This document shows, piece by piece, positions 1-8,506 of a DNA stretch of 63,845 bases. A model generated the notes under the pieces. It searched no databases and had not been told where the DNA came from. It worked only from the letters and a program-made list of their open reading frames with translations. The stretch lies in contig JBBROH010000003.1 of NCBI GenBank assembly GCA_038229595.1, positions 1 to 63,845 on the forward strand, read 5' to 3'. Position numbers and translations under genes: made by a program. The DNA comes from Chloroflexia bacterium. GTDB taxonomy: Bacteria > Chloroflexota > Chloroflexia > QHBQ01. Every line of letters starts with the position of its first letter. Within the stretch, counting starts at the first letter, position 1.

Positions 1-46
1 CTGCTGGCTGCCTGGCAGGGGGAGCTACGCTAGCCAGCAGCAACAA

Positions 47-78
47 GAGAGGCCATGCAGCGATTTGCACGGCCCTCC
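47..78 (-). terminator. Probable intrinsic terminator after dps
   Basis: Imperfect inverted repeat GAGAGGCCATGCAG / TTGCACGGCCCTCC just past the dps stop; followed by TTGTTG on the minus strand. Confidence 0.4.
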
Positions 79-102
79 TGCTATCTACCAGCCTGCATCG
101 GA

Positions 103-729
103 CTAGCCGCGCACGGCGGGGGTGTCTACCAGATGTTCGACGATAAACCAAACCTGCTTCTCGTTGGTGCGTAGCACCTCGCTCATCAGCAAGTCGTTAG
201 TGCCATCGTCGCCGCTCTCGGCAGTCTCCTTGATCGCCTGGTGAACCTCGCCAATGATCAGTTCATGGGCTTCTAGCAGGCGAGCAAGCATAGCAGGTAC
301 TTCTTCTGCGCCGTTGGGTGGCCGCTTGATCTTGGTGATCTCGGCCACGTGGCGCGGGTCGGCCACGGCAATGCCGCCCAGAGTCTGCACCCGCTCAGCC
401 ATCACGTCAACCAATTCCAACTGCTCATCCGCGTGCTTATCGAGCAGCAGGTGCAGTTGGTAGAAGGTGTGGCCGCGCATCAGCCAGTGGTGCTTCTTGT
501 AGAGGTTGTAGAGGATGATCGTGTCAGCTAGCACCTGGTTGATAATTTCGCCACTCTGCTTGCGAACTTCGCGGTCAAGCGCAATCGGCAGGTCGCGGAC
601 GGTGCCATACTGCTGAATCTCCCTGCCTTCCGGCTGGTTGAGGATCGGCTGGCTGTCCATGCTGCTATGGTCGTTGCCATTCTGGTGAGCCTTGTTCCCC
701 TTCTTCTCTTTCTTCTCCTGGGTCTGCAT
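103..729 (-). CDS. dps: Dps family DNA starvation/stationary-phase protection protein (ferritin-like)
   Basis: KKHHW-x-MRGHTFYQLHLLLD...D-x-MAERVQTLGG ferroxidase signature and C-terminal EKQVWF. Confidence 0.93.
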   Translation of the reverse strand: MQTQEKKEKKGNKAHQNGNDHSSMDSQPILNQPEGREIQQYGTVRDLPIALDREVRKQSGEIINQVLADTIILYNLYKKHHWLMRGHTFYQLHLLLDKHADEQLELVDVMAERVQTLGGIAVADPRHVAEITKIKRPPNGAEEVPAMLARLLEAHELIIGEVHQAIKETAESGDDGTNDLLMSEVLRTNEKQVWFIVEHLVDTPAVRG

Positions 730-795
730 CAGTTTCTCCTTTAGTTTGTCTGGTCTCTAGCTAGGTGTGGTCGTTGCTCGGTAGTTACAGACAGC

Positions 796-828
796 AAAAA
801 GCACACACTGTGCCACCAGCGTGTGCTT
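796..828 (-). terminator. Intrinsic terminator after UPF0182 gene
   Basis: Stem AAGCACAC / GTGTGCTT followed by a T run on the minus strand. Confidence 0.55.
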
Positions 829-863
829 CCAGTTTGGTTGGGGGATAGCAGTGGCGGTCAGCC

Positions 864-3779
864 TTAGGGGGCGGGCGTGCCAATGCGGCGGGCCAGTTCG
901 TCGAGGGTGCGCTTGAGTTCGGCCTGCGCCTGACCGTAAGTGGCGAAGTCGTTAGCGCGCAAAGCAGCCTGGCCGCGCTCGTACTGCTGCTGGGCGAGGC
1001 TAACTAGCTGCGGTGCGCTGAGGGTGGCGAGGTCGGTGCCACCCGCGATGGTTGGTTGGGGGGCGGCGGTCGGCTGCGGGCCGGGGGTGCCGTTCGCGGT
1101 TGGCGTGCCGGTACCAACACCAGTGCCGGGCTGCTCAATCGCGCTACCCTGCCCACTGAGTAGCTTGTTGATCGCCTCGTCAAAGGTGCTAGCGATAGTC
1201 ACCCGGTTGGTGCTAGCGACGATCACATACTTCAGTTCGGGCTGCGGGTTCTGCTCGGCGGTAACGTAGAGCGGCTGCACGTAGAGGATCGACTGGCCGA
1301 TGGGCAGGACGAGCAGGTTGCCCAACTCTACATTGGAGCCTCGTTGCCCCAGGAGGGTGCGTAGTTGAGAGATGCTGGGGTCCTGGTTGGCGCGGGCGAC
1401 CACCTGTTGGGGGCCGCTCACCTGGTTGCCAGCCGGGAAGCGGATCACTACGATCTTGCCATAGTCCGCTCCATCGCTCTTGGCCGCCATCCAGGCCGTC
1501 ATGTTCGGCTTGCCCGCGGGGGTGAAGGGCAGCAGCAGCAGGAAGGACTCGCTCTCGTCACCACGTAGCTTCATGATGTTGTAGTAAGGCTCCATGCCGC
1601 CTGCATTAGCGTTGCGGTTGCGGTTGGGCGTGCCGTCGGTGGCAACAGTCCAGGGGTCTTGCCGCCGCAAGAAGACCTGTGGCTCGGTCATGTGGTATAG
1701 TTCGAGCGTCTGCGCCTGCACATTAAAGAGCAACTCTGGGTAGCGCACGTGGGCCACCAGGTTCGCTGGCATCGCCGAGCGCGGCTTGAACAGGTCGGGG
1801 AATATCTTGCTGTAGGTCTTGAGGATCGGCTCGTTCTCATCGAAGGCGTAGAAGGCCATCTTGCCGCTGTAGGCATCGATCACCACCTTCACCGAGTTGC
1901 GGATGTAGTTGAAGCCGCCAATGGTGCCAGTGTACACCGTTGCGTTGGGGTAGCGGTCGCTGATCGTGTAAGCATCGCGTATCCAGTACAGCTTGCCGTC
2001 GGCGATCACCAGGTAGGGGTCGTCGTCGTAGAGCAGGAAGGGAGCGACCAGGTTGGTCATCTGCTGCACATCGCGGTTGTAGAGGATGCGGCTATCGTCC
2101 TTGAGCGCATCACTGAGCAGGATATTACCGTCGCCAAAGTGGTAGGAGTAGAGCAGCTTCTTCCAGTAGGAGTCAAGGGCCACCCCACCGCTGCCTTCAT
2201 AGCCGCCGCCGAGGGTGTTGGTTGCTGTAGTCGTGCTGCTGAGGCTGCCAGTACTGCTGATCACCCCTTCGTTGCCCTGGAACACGGTGGCCGTCGTCTT
2301 GACGAATACATAGTCGTCGGTTTGCAGGCCGTAGTAGATTTCGGGGCGGCTGAGGTTGAGGTTGGGGTAGCTGCTGACGGGGGGGATGTCGCGCACGAAC
2401 AGGCGCGGCGACCCTTCGCCTACCGCCTCGTTGACTGGGCTGAGGGCTACACCCAGGCCGTGGGTGTATTGCAGGTGGCGGTTCGGCCAGTTGAGGCCGT
2501 TCACCTTGTTCTGATCTAGTTCGCGGGCGGCTAGCATCACCTGGCGGTAGTCGCTGCCGAGGGTGTAGCGATCAATCGTCACTTCGCTGAAGTTGAAGTA
2601 GGTGCTGATCGCCTGCAACTGCTGGTAAGACTGCTCAAGCTGGCGGTAATCCCAGAGGCGCACGTTCTTGACTGTCTGCGGGCTGGCAGCGAGGTCGGCG
2701 CGGGTCAGTTCTGCGGTTGGCCCTGGTCGTTCTTCGATGATGTCGAGGTTGAAGGCAGAGCGGGTTGCCTTGATGTTGTTGTCAGCGTACTTGCTCTCTT
2801 TATCGAATATGTTGGCGTTGACCTGGAACTGCTGTACAAAGGTGGGGTAGACCCCGCCGACCAGGATCGCCACCAGCAGCCACGCGCCCAGGGAGTAGAG
2901 CGGCAAGCGATAGTTGCGCGAACGGATGGTTAGCAGGAGGGTGAGGGCAACCAGGATCACGACTACCAGCAGTATCCAACTGGCGGTGATGCGGGCGTTC
3001 TCATCCGTATAGCCAACCCCGGCGAACGCGGTGCTGCCTTCGCGCTGGTTGAACAGCAGCTTGTAGCGGTCAAGGAAGTAGCCGAAGGCGAAGGTGAGCA
3101 ACCAGAGCGCACCGAGGATGGTCAGGTGGGGGCGGGCTGCTGCTGGCAGGTCGATCTGCGGCAAGCCAAGCTGGTTGAGCATCGTCTCTGGCGACCCATC
3201 CTCGGCCAGGCGACGGGCGGCAGGGCGGGTTACGGTCGGCATTGTCAGGCGGCTGCCAACCGCATAGACGGCAATCACGGCTACGCCAGTAAACAGGATC
3301 AGGCTGCTAATCCAGCCGCGCAGGTCGTCCAAGAAGGGCAGGGTGAAGACGTAGAAGCCAACATCCTGCTGAAATATGCGGTCGGGGCTGCCACCAAAGG
3401 GGGTGGCGTTGAGGAAGCGTAGCACCGTCACCCACTCGCCGCCAGCAGCGAGACCGAAGAAGATCGCCAGCACCAGCGTGGCCGCCCAGATTAGCTGGCG
3501 GATCGACCCTGCACTGAGGGTCGCCTGCTGGCCCTCGAATATCTGCCCCGGCGTGCTGTTGCGCCGGGCCACCTGGAGGTTGACGGCCAGGAAGATCGCC
3601 GCCAGTATGGTACCCGCGATGCCCACCAGCCATTGGGTGGTGAAGCGGGTAATGTAGACCGAACTAAGCGACTGGCTATCGAACCACAACCAGTCTGCTG
3701 CGATATTAAAGATCAGGGGCAGGCCAAACAGCAGCACTGCCACAACGACAGCAATCGGCACCCATATCCTGGGTCGCAT
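864..3779 (-). CDS. UPF0182 family membrane protein
   Basis: 971 aa; DWLWF near the N-terminus, several TM segments, DVGFYVFTLP, NVRLWD, YTHG, YIRNSVKVVIDAYSG, GNLLVLP, PELKYVIV motifs. Confidence 0.92.
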   Translation of the reverse strand: MRPRIWVPIAVVVAVLLFGLPLIFNIAADWLWFDSQSLSSVYITRFTTQWLVGIAGTILAAIFLAVNLQVARRNSTPGQIFEGQQATLSAGSIRQLIWAATLVLAIFFGLAAGGEWVTVLRFLNATPFGGSPDRIFQQDVGFYVFTLPFLDDLRGWISSLILFTGVAVIAVYAVGSRLTMPTVTRPAARRLAEDGSPETMLNQLGLPQIDLPAAARPHLTILGALWLLTFAFGYFLDRYKLLFNQREGSTAFAGVGYTDENARITASWILLVVVILVALTLLLTIRSRNYRLPLYSLGAWLLVAILVGGVYPTFVQQFQVNANIFDKESKYADNNIKATRSAFNLDIIEERPGPTAELTRADLAASPQTVKNVRLWDYRQLEQSYQQLQAISTYFNFSEVTIDRYTLGSDYRQVMLAARELDQNKVNGLNWPNRHLQYTHGLGVALSPVNEAVGEGSPRLFVRDIPPVSSYPNLNLSRPEIYYGLQTDDYVFVKTTATVFQGNEGVISSTGSLSSTTTATNTLGGGYEGSGGVALDSYWKKLLYSYHFGDGNILLSDALKDDSRILYNRDVQQMTNLVAPFLLYDDDPYLVIADGKLYWIRDAYTISDRYPNATVYTGTIGGFNYIRNSVKVVIDAYSGKMAFYAFDENEPILKTYSKIFPDLFKPRSAMPANLVAHVRYPELLFNVQAQTLELYHMTEPQVFLRRQDPWTVATDGTPNRNRNANAGGMEPYYNIMKLRGDESESFLLLLPFTPAGKPNMTAWMAAKSDGADYGKIVVIRFPAGNQVSGPQQVVARANQDPSISQLRTLLGQRGSNVELGNLLVLPIGQSILYVQPLYVTAEQNPQPELKYVIVASTNRVTIASTFDEAINKLLSGQGSAIEQPGTGVGTGTPTANGTPGPQPTAAPQPTIAGGTDLATLSAPQLVSLAQQQYERGQAALRANDFATYGQAQAELKRTLDELARRIGTPAP

Positions 3780-4015
3780 AGAAGTTCCCTCGTTTCAACA
3801 TATCGTGTAATCGCCACTTTTGTCTCCTACCATTGTACAGCAAGCGTCAAGCCCGACACAAGCCTGAGCCAGGGCTTGGCGGCTCCTCACGGCGGTCGCT
3901 ATCAGCGTCCCTGTGGCTGCATCCCTATGCCAATTATCAACCTGAGCCGCCTGCCTTCATCTCTGACCTAGATATGTTATAATCGCAGCGAGACGAGTGG
4001 TGGAGGATAGCAGAT

Positions 4016-5227
4016 GTGACAAAAACAAGCGCGATGATCGGGCTGGTCTGTACAGCCTGTGGCAGCCAGTATGCTGCCGACCAGATGCACGGCTCCTGCC
4101 CCAACTGCGGCAAGGTGCTGTTCTGCCAGTATGACCTGGATGGCCTACGGGAGCAGTTGACGGTGGCTGAGCTTGCCCGCCGCCCACGCGGTGTCTGGCG
4201 TTGGTACGAGTTGCTACCCCTGGCTGACGAGCGCGATATCGTCACCCTCGGCGAAGGGGACACCCCCCTGCTTGCTTGCGACCGCCTTAGCCGCCAATTG
4301 GGGGTGGGCCAGTTGCGGGTCAAGGACGAGGGCTGCAATCCAACTGGCAGTTCGCGGGCGCGCGGGGTGGCGGTAGCCGTCTCTGTAGCCCGTCAGTATG
4401 GCATAGCCGCTGTCTCGATCCCCTCACTGGGCAACAGTGCCGACGCAGTGGCCGCCTACGCTGCTCGCGCTGGGCTGGAGAGCTACGTCTTTGTCCCTGA
4501 TGTAGCGAGCATCGCCCACCTCGCCACTATGGTTGCCGCTGGTGCCTACACCTATAGGATCAAAGCAAAGGAGTTGGAGAACAACCAGCAGGTGCGCGCC
4601 CACAGCAAGCGGTTTGGCTGGTTCGACCTCAGCCACCTGCGCGAACCCTACCGCATTGAGGGCGAAAAGACGCTGGGCTACGAACTGGCCGAGGCTTACA
4701 ACTGGCAACTACCCGACGCGCTGATCTACCCACTGACCAGCGTGATCGGCCTGGCCGCGATCTGGAAGGGCTGGGCCGAGTTGGAGGCGTTGGGCTGGAT
4801 TAGTAGCTATCGCCCCCGCATCTTCGGCGTACAGGCCATTGGTTGCTGCCCTCTCAGCCGGGCCTTTGAGAGCGGTAGCGAGAGTAGCGAACCCTGGGCA
4901 GAGCGCGAAATGGAGACGGTCTACAACTGCCTGCACGCTACCAACCCAGTGGGTAGCTATCTTGCCCTGCGCCTGGTACGCGAGAGTGGCGGCCAGATCA
5001 TCACTGTTGGTGACGAGGCAATTGCCACCGCCCAACTCGATCTCGCCCGCTGCGAAGGGATTTTCGCTTCGCCAAAGGGGGCAATGGCTATAGCCGGATT
5101 GAAGCGGCTGGTCAGCGACGGGCTGATCGACGGTGAAGCCAGCGTCGTCCTGGTCAACCCGTCTAGCGGCCTCAAGGAGCCACAAGTGATCAGCCTCAGC
5201 GATCTCCCCCCCACCCTCGCCCAGTAG
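4016..5227 (+). CDS. Threonine synthase-like (PLP fold type II) protein with degenerate active site
   Basis: N-terminal CxxC...CxxC, TLGEGDTPL, EGEKTLGYELAE motifs; canonical NPTGSFKARG reads NPTGSSRARG. Confidence 0.8.
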   Translation: MTKTSAMIGLVCTACGSQYAADQMHGSCPNCGKVLFCQYDLDGLREQLTVAELARRPRGVWRWYELLPLADERDIVTLGEGDTPLLACDRLSRQLGVGQLRVKDEGCNPTGSSRARGVAVAVSVARQYGIAAVSIPSLGNSADAVAAYAARAGLESYVFVPDVASIAHLATMVAAGAYTYRIKAKELENNQQVRAHSKRFGWFDLSHLREPYRIEGEKTLGYELAEAYNWQLPDALIYPLTSVIGLAAIWKGWAELEALGWISSYRPRIFGVQAIGCCPLSRAFESGSESSEPWAEREMETVYNCLHATNPVGSYLALRLVRESGGQIITVGDEAIATAQLDLARCEGIFASPKGAMAIAGLKRLVSDGLIDGEASVVLVNPSSGLKEPQVISLSDLPPTLAQ

Positions 5228-5231
5228 CCAC

Positions 5232-5720
5232 TCAAGTGCTGTGGTGGATGATATGGATGTGCAAGGTAGCCGGGTCAGCCACGATCAGCCCCTCATAGCC
5301 GCCCACACACGTCCCCTTGTAGTGGTTAAGCACTGATATGGCAACGGCTGGCATACTGGCATAGGGCTGGCAGGCACCGATGAAGGTTCCCTCGCTACCA
5401 TCAGCGGGGCGCAACTGCTCTACATACCGCTGAAAGTCAGAGGCAGGCAGGGCAAAGTCTGCCTCAAAGTACCAGTCGGTGAATTGCTGATAGCTAAGTT
5501 TGATTGCCCCCGCACTGGCTGGTACTGGCTGCGGCGAGTAGTCGTTCAACCACTTGAGTTGCTGAGCCGGAGTTAGCTGCCCCTCATCGAGGCTGGTGCC
5601 AGCCAGCAGGTTGAAGCCCAGCCAGGTCATCAGCCCCAGCACCAGCAGGCAGCCGCCTGCCAGCAGCCCAACAATGAGCAAGAGAGGACGACGGCTGCTG
5701 CGACTACTGCTCTTGAGCAT
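5232..5720 (-). CDS. Hypothetical membrane-anchored protein
   Basis: Basic N-terminus plus hydrophobic helix, then soluble domain; ATG at 5720 chosen over 5774. Confidence 0.6.
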   Translation of the reverse strand: MLKSSSRSSRRPLLLIVGLLAGGCLLVLGLMTWLGFNLLAGTSLDEGQLTPAQQLKWLNDYSPQPVPASAGAIKLSYQQFTDWYFEADFALPASDFQRYVEQLRPADGSEGTFIGACQPYASMPAVAISVLNHYKGTCVGGYEGLIVADPATLHIHIIHHST

Positions 5721-5822
5721 GGCGATCTCCCAGCGTGTGTAGTTTTGCTTGTTCGCCATACAATACGTCGGCATAGGCCATTTTGTTGCAACGTCGTGGG
5801 CTTGAGCAGGAACTTCTTCTCC

Positions 5823-8438
5823 CTACTGCTCCGCCAAAGCGTGGGCCACCGCCTGCTCTAGCGTCCAGGCGGCACCCTCCGCCAGGGCTGCTGCCGCCTC
5901 ATCGCTGCTCAGGCTAGCCAGGGCTGCTGCCAGTTGGCGGGAGTGGCTCTCGCGCTCTGCTGGCGAAAAGGGGGTGCCGAGGTTATCGTGCAGCGCACTG
6001 ATCGCGGCCAACAGAGACAGGGCCAAGCGTGCCTGCCCAAGATGAAGAAAGAGGTCAGCATAATCGTCCAGCCCGGTGAGGATGCCGAGTGTGTCGCCGA
6101 GGCTACGTTGCAGAGCCAGGCTCTCGCGGATCAGGCGGCGGGCGGTAAGCACGTTCCCCTGTCGTAGGGCGATCAGCCCAATATAGCCCGACACCGTCGC
6201 GATCCCGCCCTCGTTGCCCAACTCGCGCTCCAGGGTCAGGCTCTCCTGCAACAGGGGGCTGGCGGTGGCGTAGTCGGCCAACTGGTAGGCGACGATACCA
6301 AGATTGCCGAGGGCGATGGCCGTACCTGCCTTGTTGCCCACCTGCCGCTCGATTGTCAGGCTCTCGCTGAACAGGCTCTGGGCGGTGGCCGCGTCCCCCT
6401 CGTCAAGGGCGATGCTGGCTAGATTGTTGAGCGTGGCAGAGATGCCCACCTGGTCGCCCTGCTCGCGTTGCAGGCTGAGGGCCAACTGGTAGTATACTCG
6501 CGCCCACTCGTAGTTGCTCTGGGCGAAGGCAAGTCCACCCGACCCGTTCAAGGCTTTGGCCCGCAGAGAGGGGTCAGCGGTCGTCTTCTGGGCCAGGGCT
6601 GCTTCCAGCCAGGCACGCCCTTCGCTGAAGTGACCGCGCGTAAACCAGAACCGCCAGAGAGCGACCGCCAGCCGCAGGGCCAGGGTCGTGTCTGTCCCTG
6701 GTTGCAGGGTGTAGGTGAGGGCGGCCCTCATGTTGTCATGCTCCTCCTCCAGCCGAGTCAGCCAGGCACGCTGCTCCGCACCAAGCAGTCCCAGTTCAGC
6801 GGTCTCGGCCAGGCGCAGGTAATATTCAGCATGGCGGTTGGCAGTCGCCGCCTGCTCACCCGCCTCGGCCAGCTTTTCTGCTGCATACTCGCGGATCGTC
6901 TGCAACATGGCAAAGCGCACCTCGCCCTCTGCCGTCTCGCCCCGCTGCAACATACTCTGGTCAGCCAGGGCTTCCAATCCCTCGCCGCCAGCGGCCACTG
7001 ACTGGCAAACCTGCTCGGCAGCCTCGACCATGCAGCCGTCCGCGAAGACGCTGAAGCGGGCAAAGAGCAGCCGTTCGCTCTCGGCCAGCAGGTCGTAGCT
7101 CCACTCAATCGCCCCGCGCAAGCTGCGTTGGCGTTCGGGCCGGTCGTGCATCCCTTGCGCGGTGAAGGACAGGCTGCTGAGGCGGATCAGCATCATCTGC
7201 GGCGGGTACATCTTGCTACGCGCAGCAGCCAGTTCGATAGCCAGCGGTAGGCCGTCCAGCTTGCGGCAGATCGCCACCACCGCCTCCGCATTCTGCGTCG
7301 TCCACTGGACGCCAGCCTTGACCGCCTGCGCCCGCTCTACAAACAGGGCGACAGCGGGGTAGTAGAGCAACTCGTCTGGCGGCGGCAGTTGTGGGCCGGG
7401 GGGTAGGCCCAGGGGCAGCACCGCGAATTCGTGTTCGGCGTAGAGGTGCAAGGAAGTACGGCTGCTGACCAGTATCTTGAGTTGGGGGACAGCACTAAGC
7501 AGATCGGTGAGCAGTGCCGCGCCCTCTACTACCTGCTCGAAGTTGTCCAGCACCAACAGCATCTGCTTGTCGCGCAGGCGCGTCTTGAGGCTGGCGGCCA
7601 GGCTCTCGCCTGCTTCCACTATCTCCAACGTTGCTGCGATCTCCGCCGCGATCAACCCCGGTTCGGTGAGGCAGTCGAGCGGGACGAAGAACACCCCGCC
7701 GTTAAACTCGGTCAGCATCTCGGCGGCCACCTGGGTGCTGAGGCGCGTCTTGCCGCTACCGCCCGGCCCGGTAAGGGTAAGCAGCCGCACCCCAGGCTGG
7801 CGCAGGCGGTCACAGACCGCTGTTACTTCACGCTTGCGGCCTACCAGCGAGGTGGAGTGGGCGGGCAGGTTGGTGGGGTGCGCGTCTAGCGTCCGCAGCG
7901 GCGGAAACTCGCCCGGTAGGTTAGGGACAAGTAGCTGGAAGATTTGCTCCGGCTGGCTCACATCCAGCAGCCGCCGTTCGCCCATGTCGTAGAGTTGACC
8001 GCTATCTGGCAGCCTCCCCCGCACCAGGTCGGCGGCAGTAGCCGAAAGCAGTATCTGGCCGCCATGCCCGGCGTAGAGGAAGCGTTCGACCCGGTTGAGG
8101 ATCGGGGCCGGGTAGTCGCCGCTGGTCGGGAAGGCAGTGGCGGTGTAGAGGGCTAGCCGCACCCGCAGCGGGCCGGTTTCGCCCCACTCCTCAGTGTGCA
8201 GGCCCCACTGGATCGCCAGGGCCGAAGCAAGGGCGGCGTTCGGGTCGCTGAAGGCCGCGCAGAAAGCATCGCCAATCGTCTTGAAGACCGCGCCCAGTGG
8301 CTCAACCGCCTGTCGGATGATCGCGTCGTGGCGGGCAAGGGCAGCGCGCATCGCCAGCGGGTGCCGCTCCCACAGGCGGGTGCTACCCTCGATGTCGGTA
8401 AAGAGGAAGGTTACGACTCCACCTGGTAGTTCTGCCAC
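5823..8438 (-). CDS. Class III adenylate/guanylate cyclase - NB-ARC (STAND ATPase) - TPR protein
   Basis: TFLFTDIEGST and KTIGDAF cyclase motifs; Walker A GPGGSGKT, Walker B LLVLDNFE, GLPLAIELAA; C-terminal TPRs; GTG start after a G-rich RBS. Confidence 0.88.
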   Translation of the reverse strand: MAELPGGVVTFLFTDIEGSTRLWERHPLAMRAALARHDAIIRQAVEPLGAVFKTIGDAFCAAFSDPNAALASALAIQWGLHTEEWGETGPLRVRLALYTATAFPTSGDYPAPILNRVERFLYAGHGGQILLSATAADLVRGRLPDSGQLYDMGERRLLDVSQPEQIFQLLVPNLPGEFPPLRTLDAHPTNLPAHSTSLVGRKREVTAVCDRLRQPGVRLLTLTGPGGSGKTRLSTQVAAEMLTEFNGGVFFVPLDCLTEPGLIAAEIAATLEIVEAGESLAASLKTRLRDKQMLLVLDNFEQVVEGAALLTDLLSAVPQLKILVSSRTSLHLYAEHEFAVLPLGLPPGPQLPPPDELLYYPAVALFVERAQAVKAGVQWTTQNAEAVVAICRKLDGLPLAIELAAARSKMYPPQMMLIRLSSLSFTAQGMHDRPERQRSLRGAIEWSYDLLAESERLLFARFSVFADGCMVEAAEQVCQSVAAGGEGLEALADQSMLQRGETAEGEVRFAMLQTIREYAAEKLAEAGEQAATANRHAEYYLRLAETAELGLLGAEQRAWLTRLEEEHDNMRAALTYTLQPGTDTTLALRLAVALWRFWFTRGHFSEGRAWLEAALAQKTTADPSLRAKALNGSGGLAFAQSNYEWARVYYQLALSLQREQGDQVGISATLNNLASIALDEGDAATAQSLFSESLTIERQVGNKAGTAIALGNLGIVAYQLADYATASPLLQESLTLERELGNEGGIATVSGYIGLIALRQGNVLTARRLIRESLALQRSLGDTLGILTGLDDYADLFLHLGQARLALSLLAAISALHDNLGTPFSPAERESHSRQLAAALASLSSDEAAAALAEGAAWTLEQAVAHALAEQ

Positions 8439-8506
8439 CGTAGCAACCCCCTGCCAAATCTCTGTTCTAGTATAGCACAAACTGCGGATTGTGCTTTGCC
8501 TTTGGC

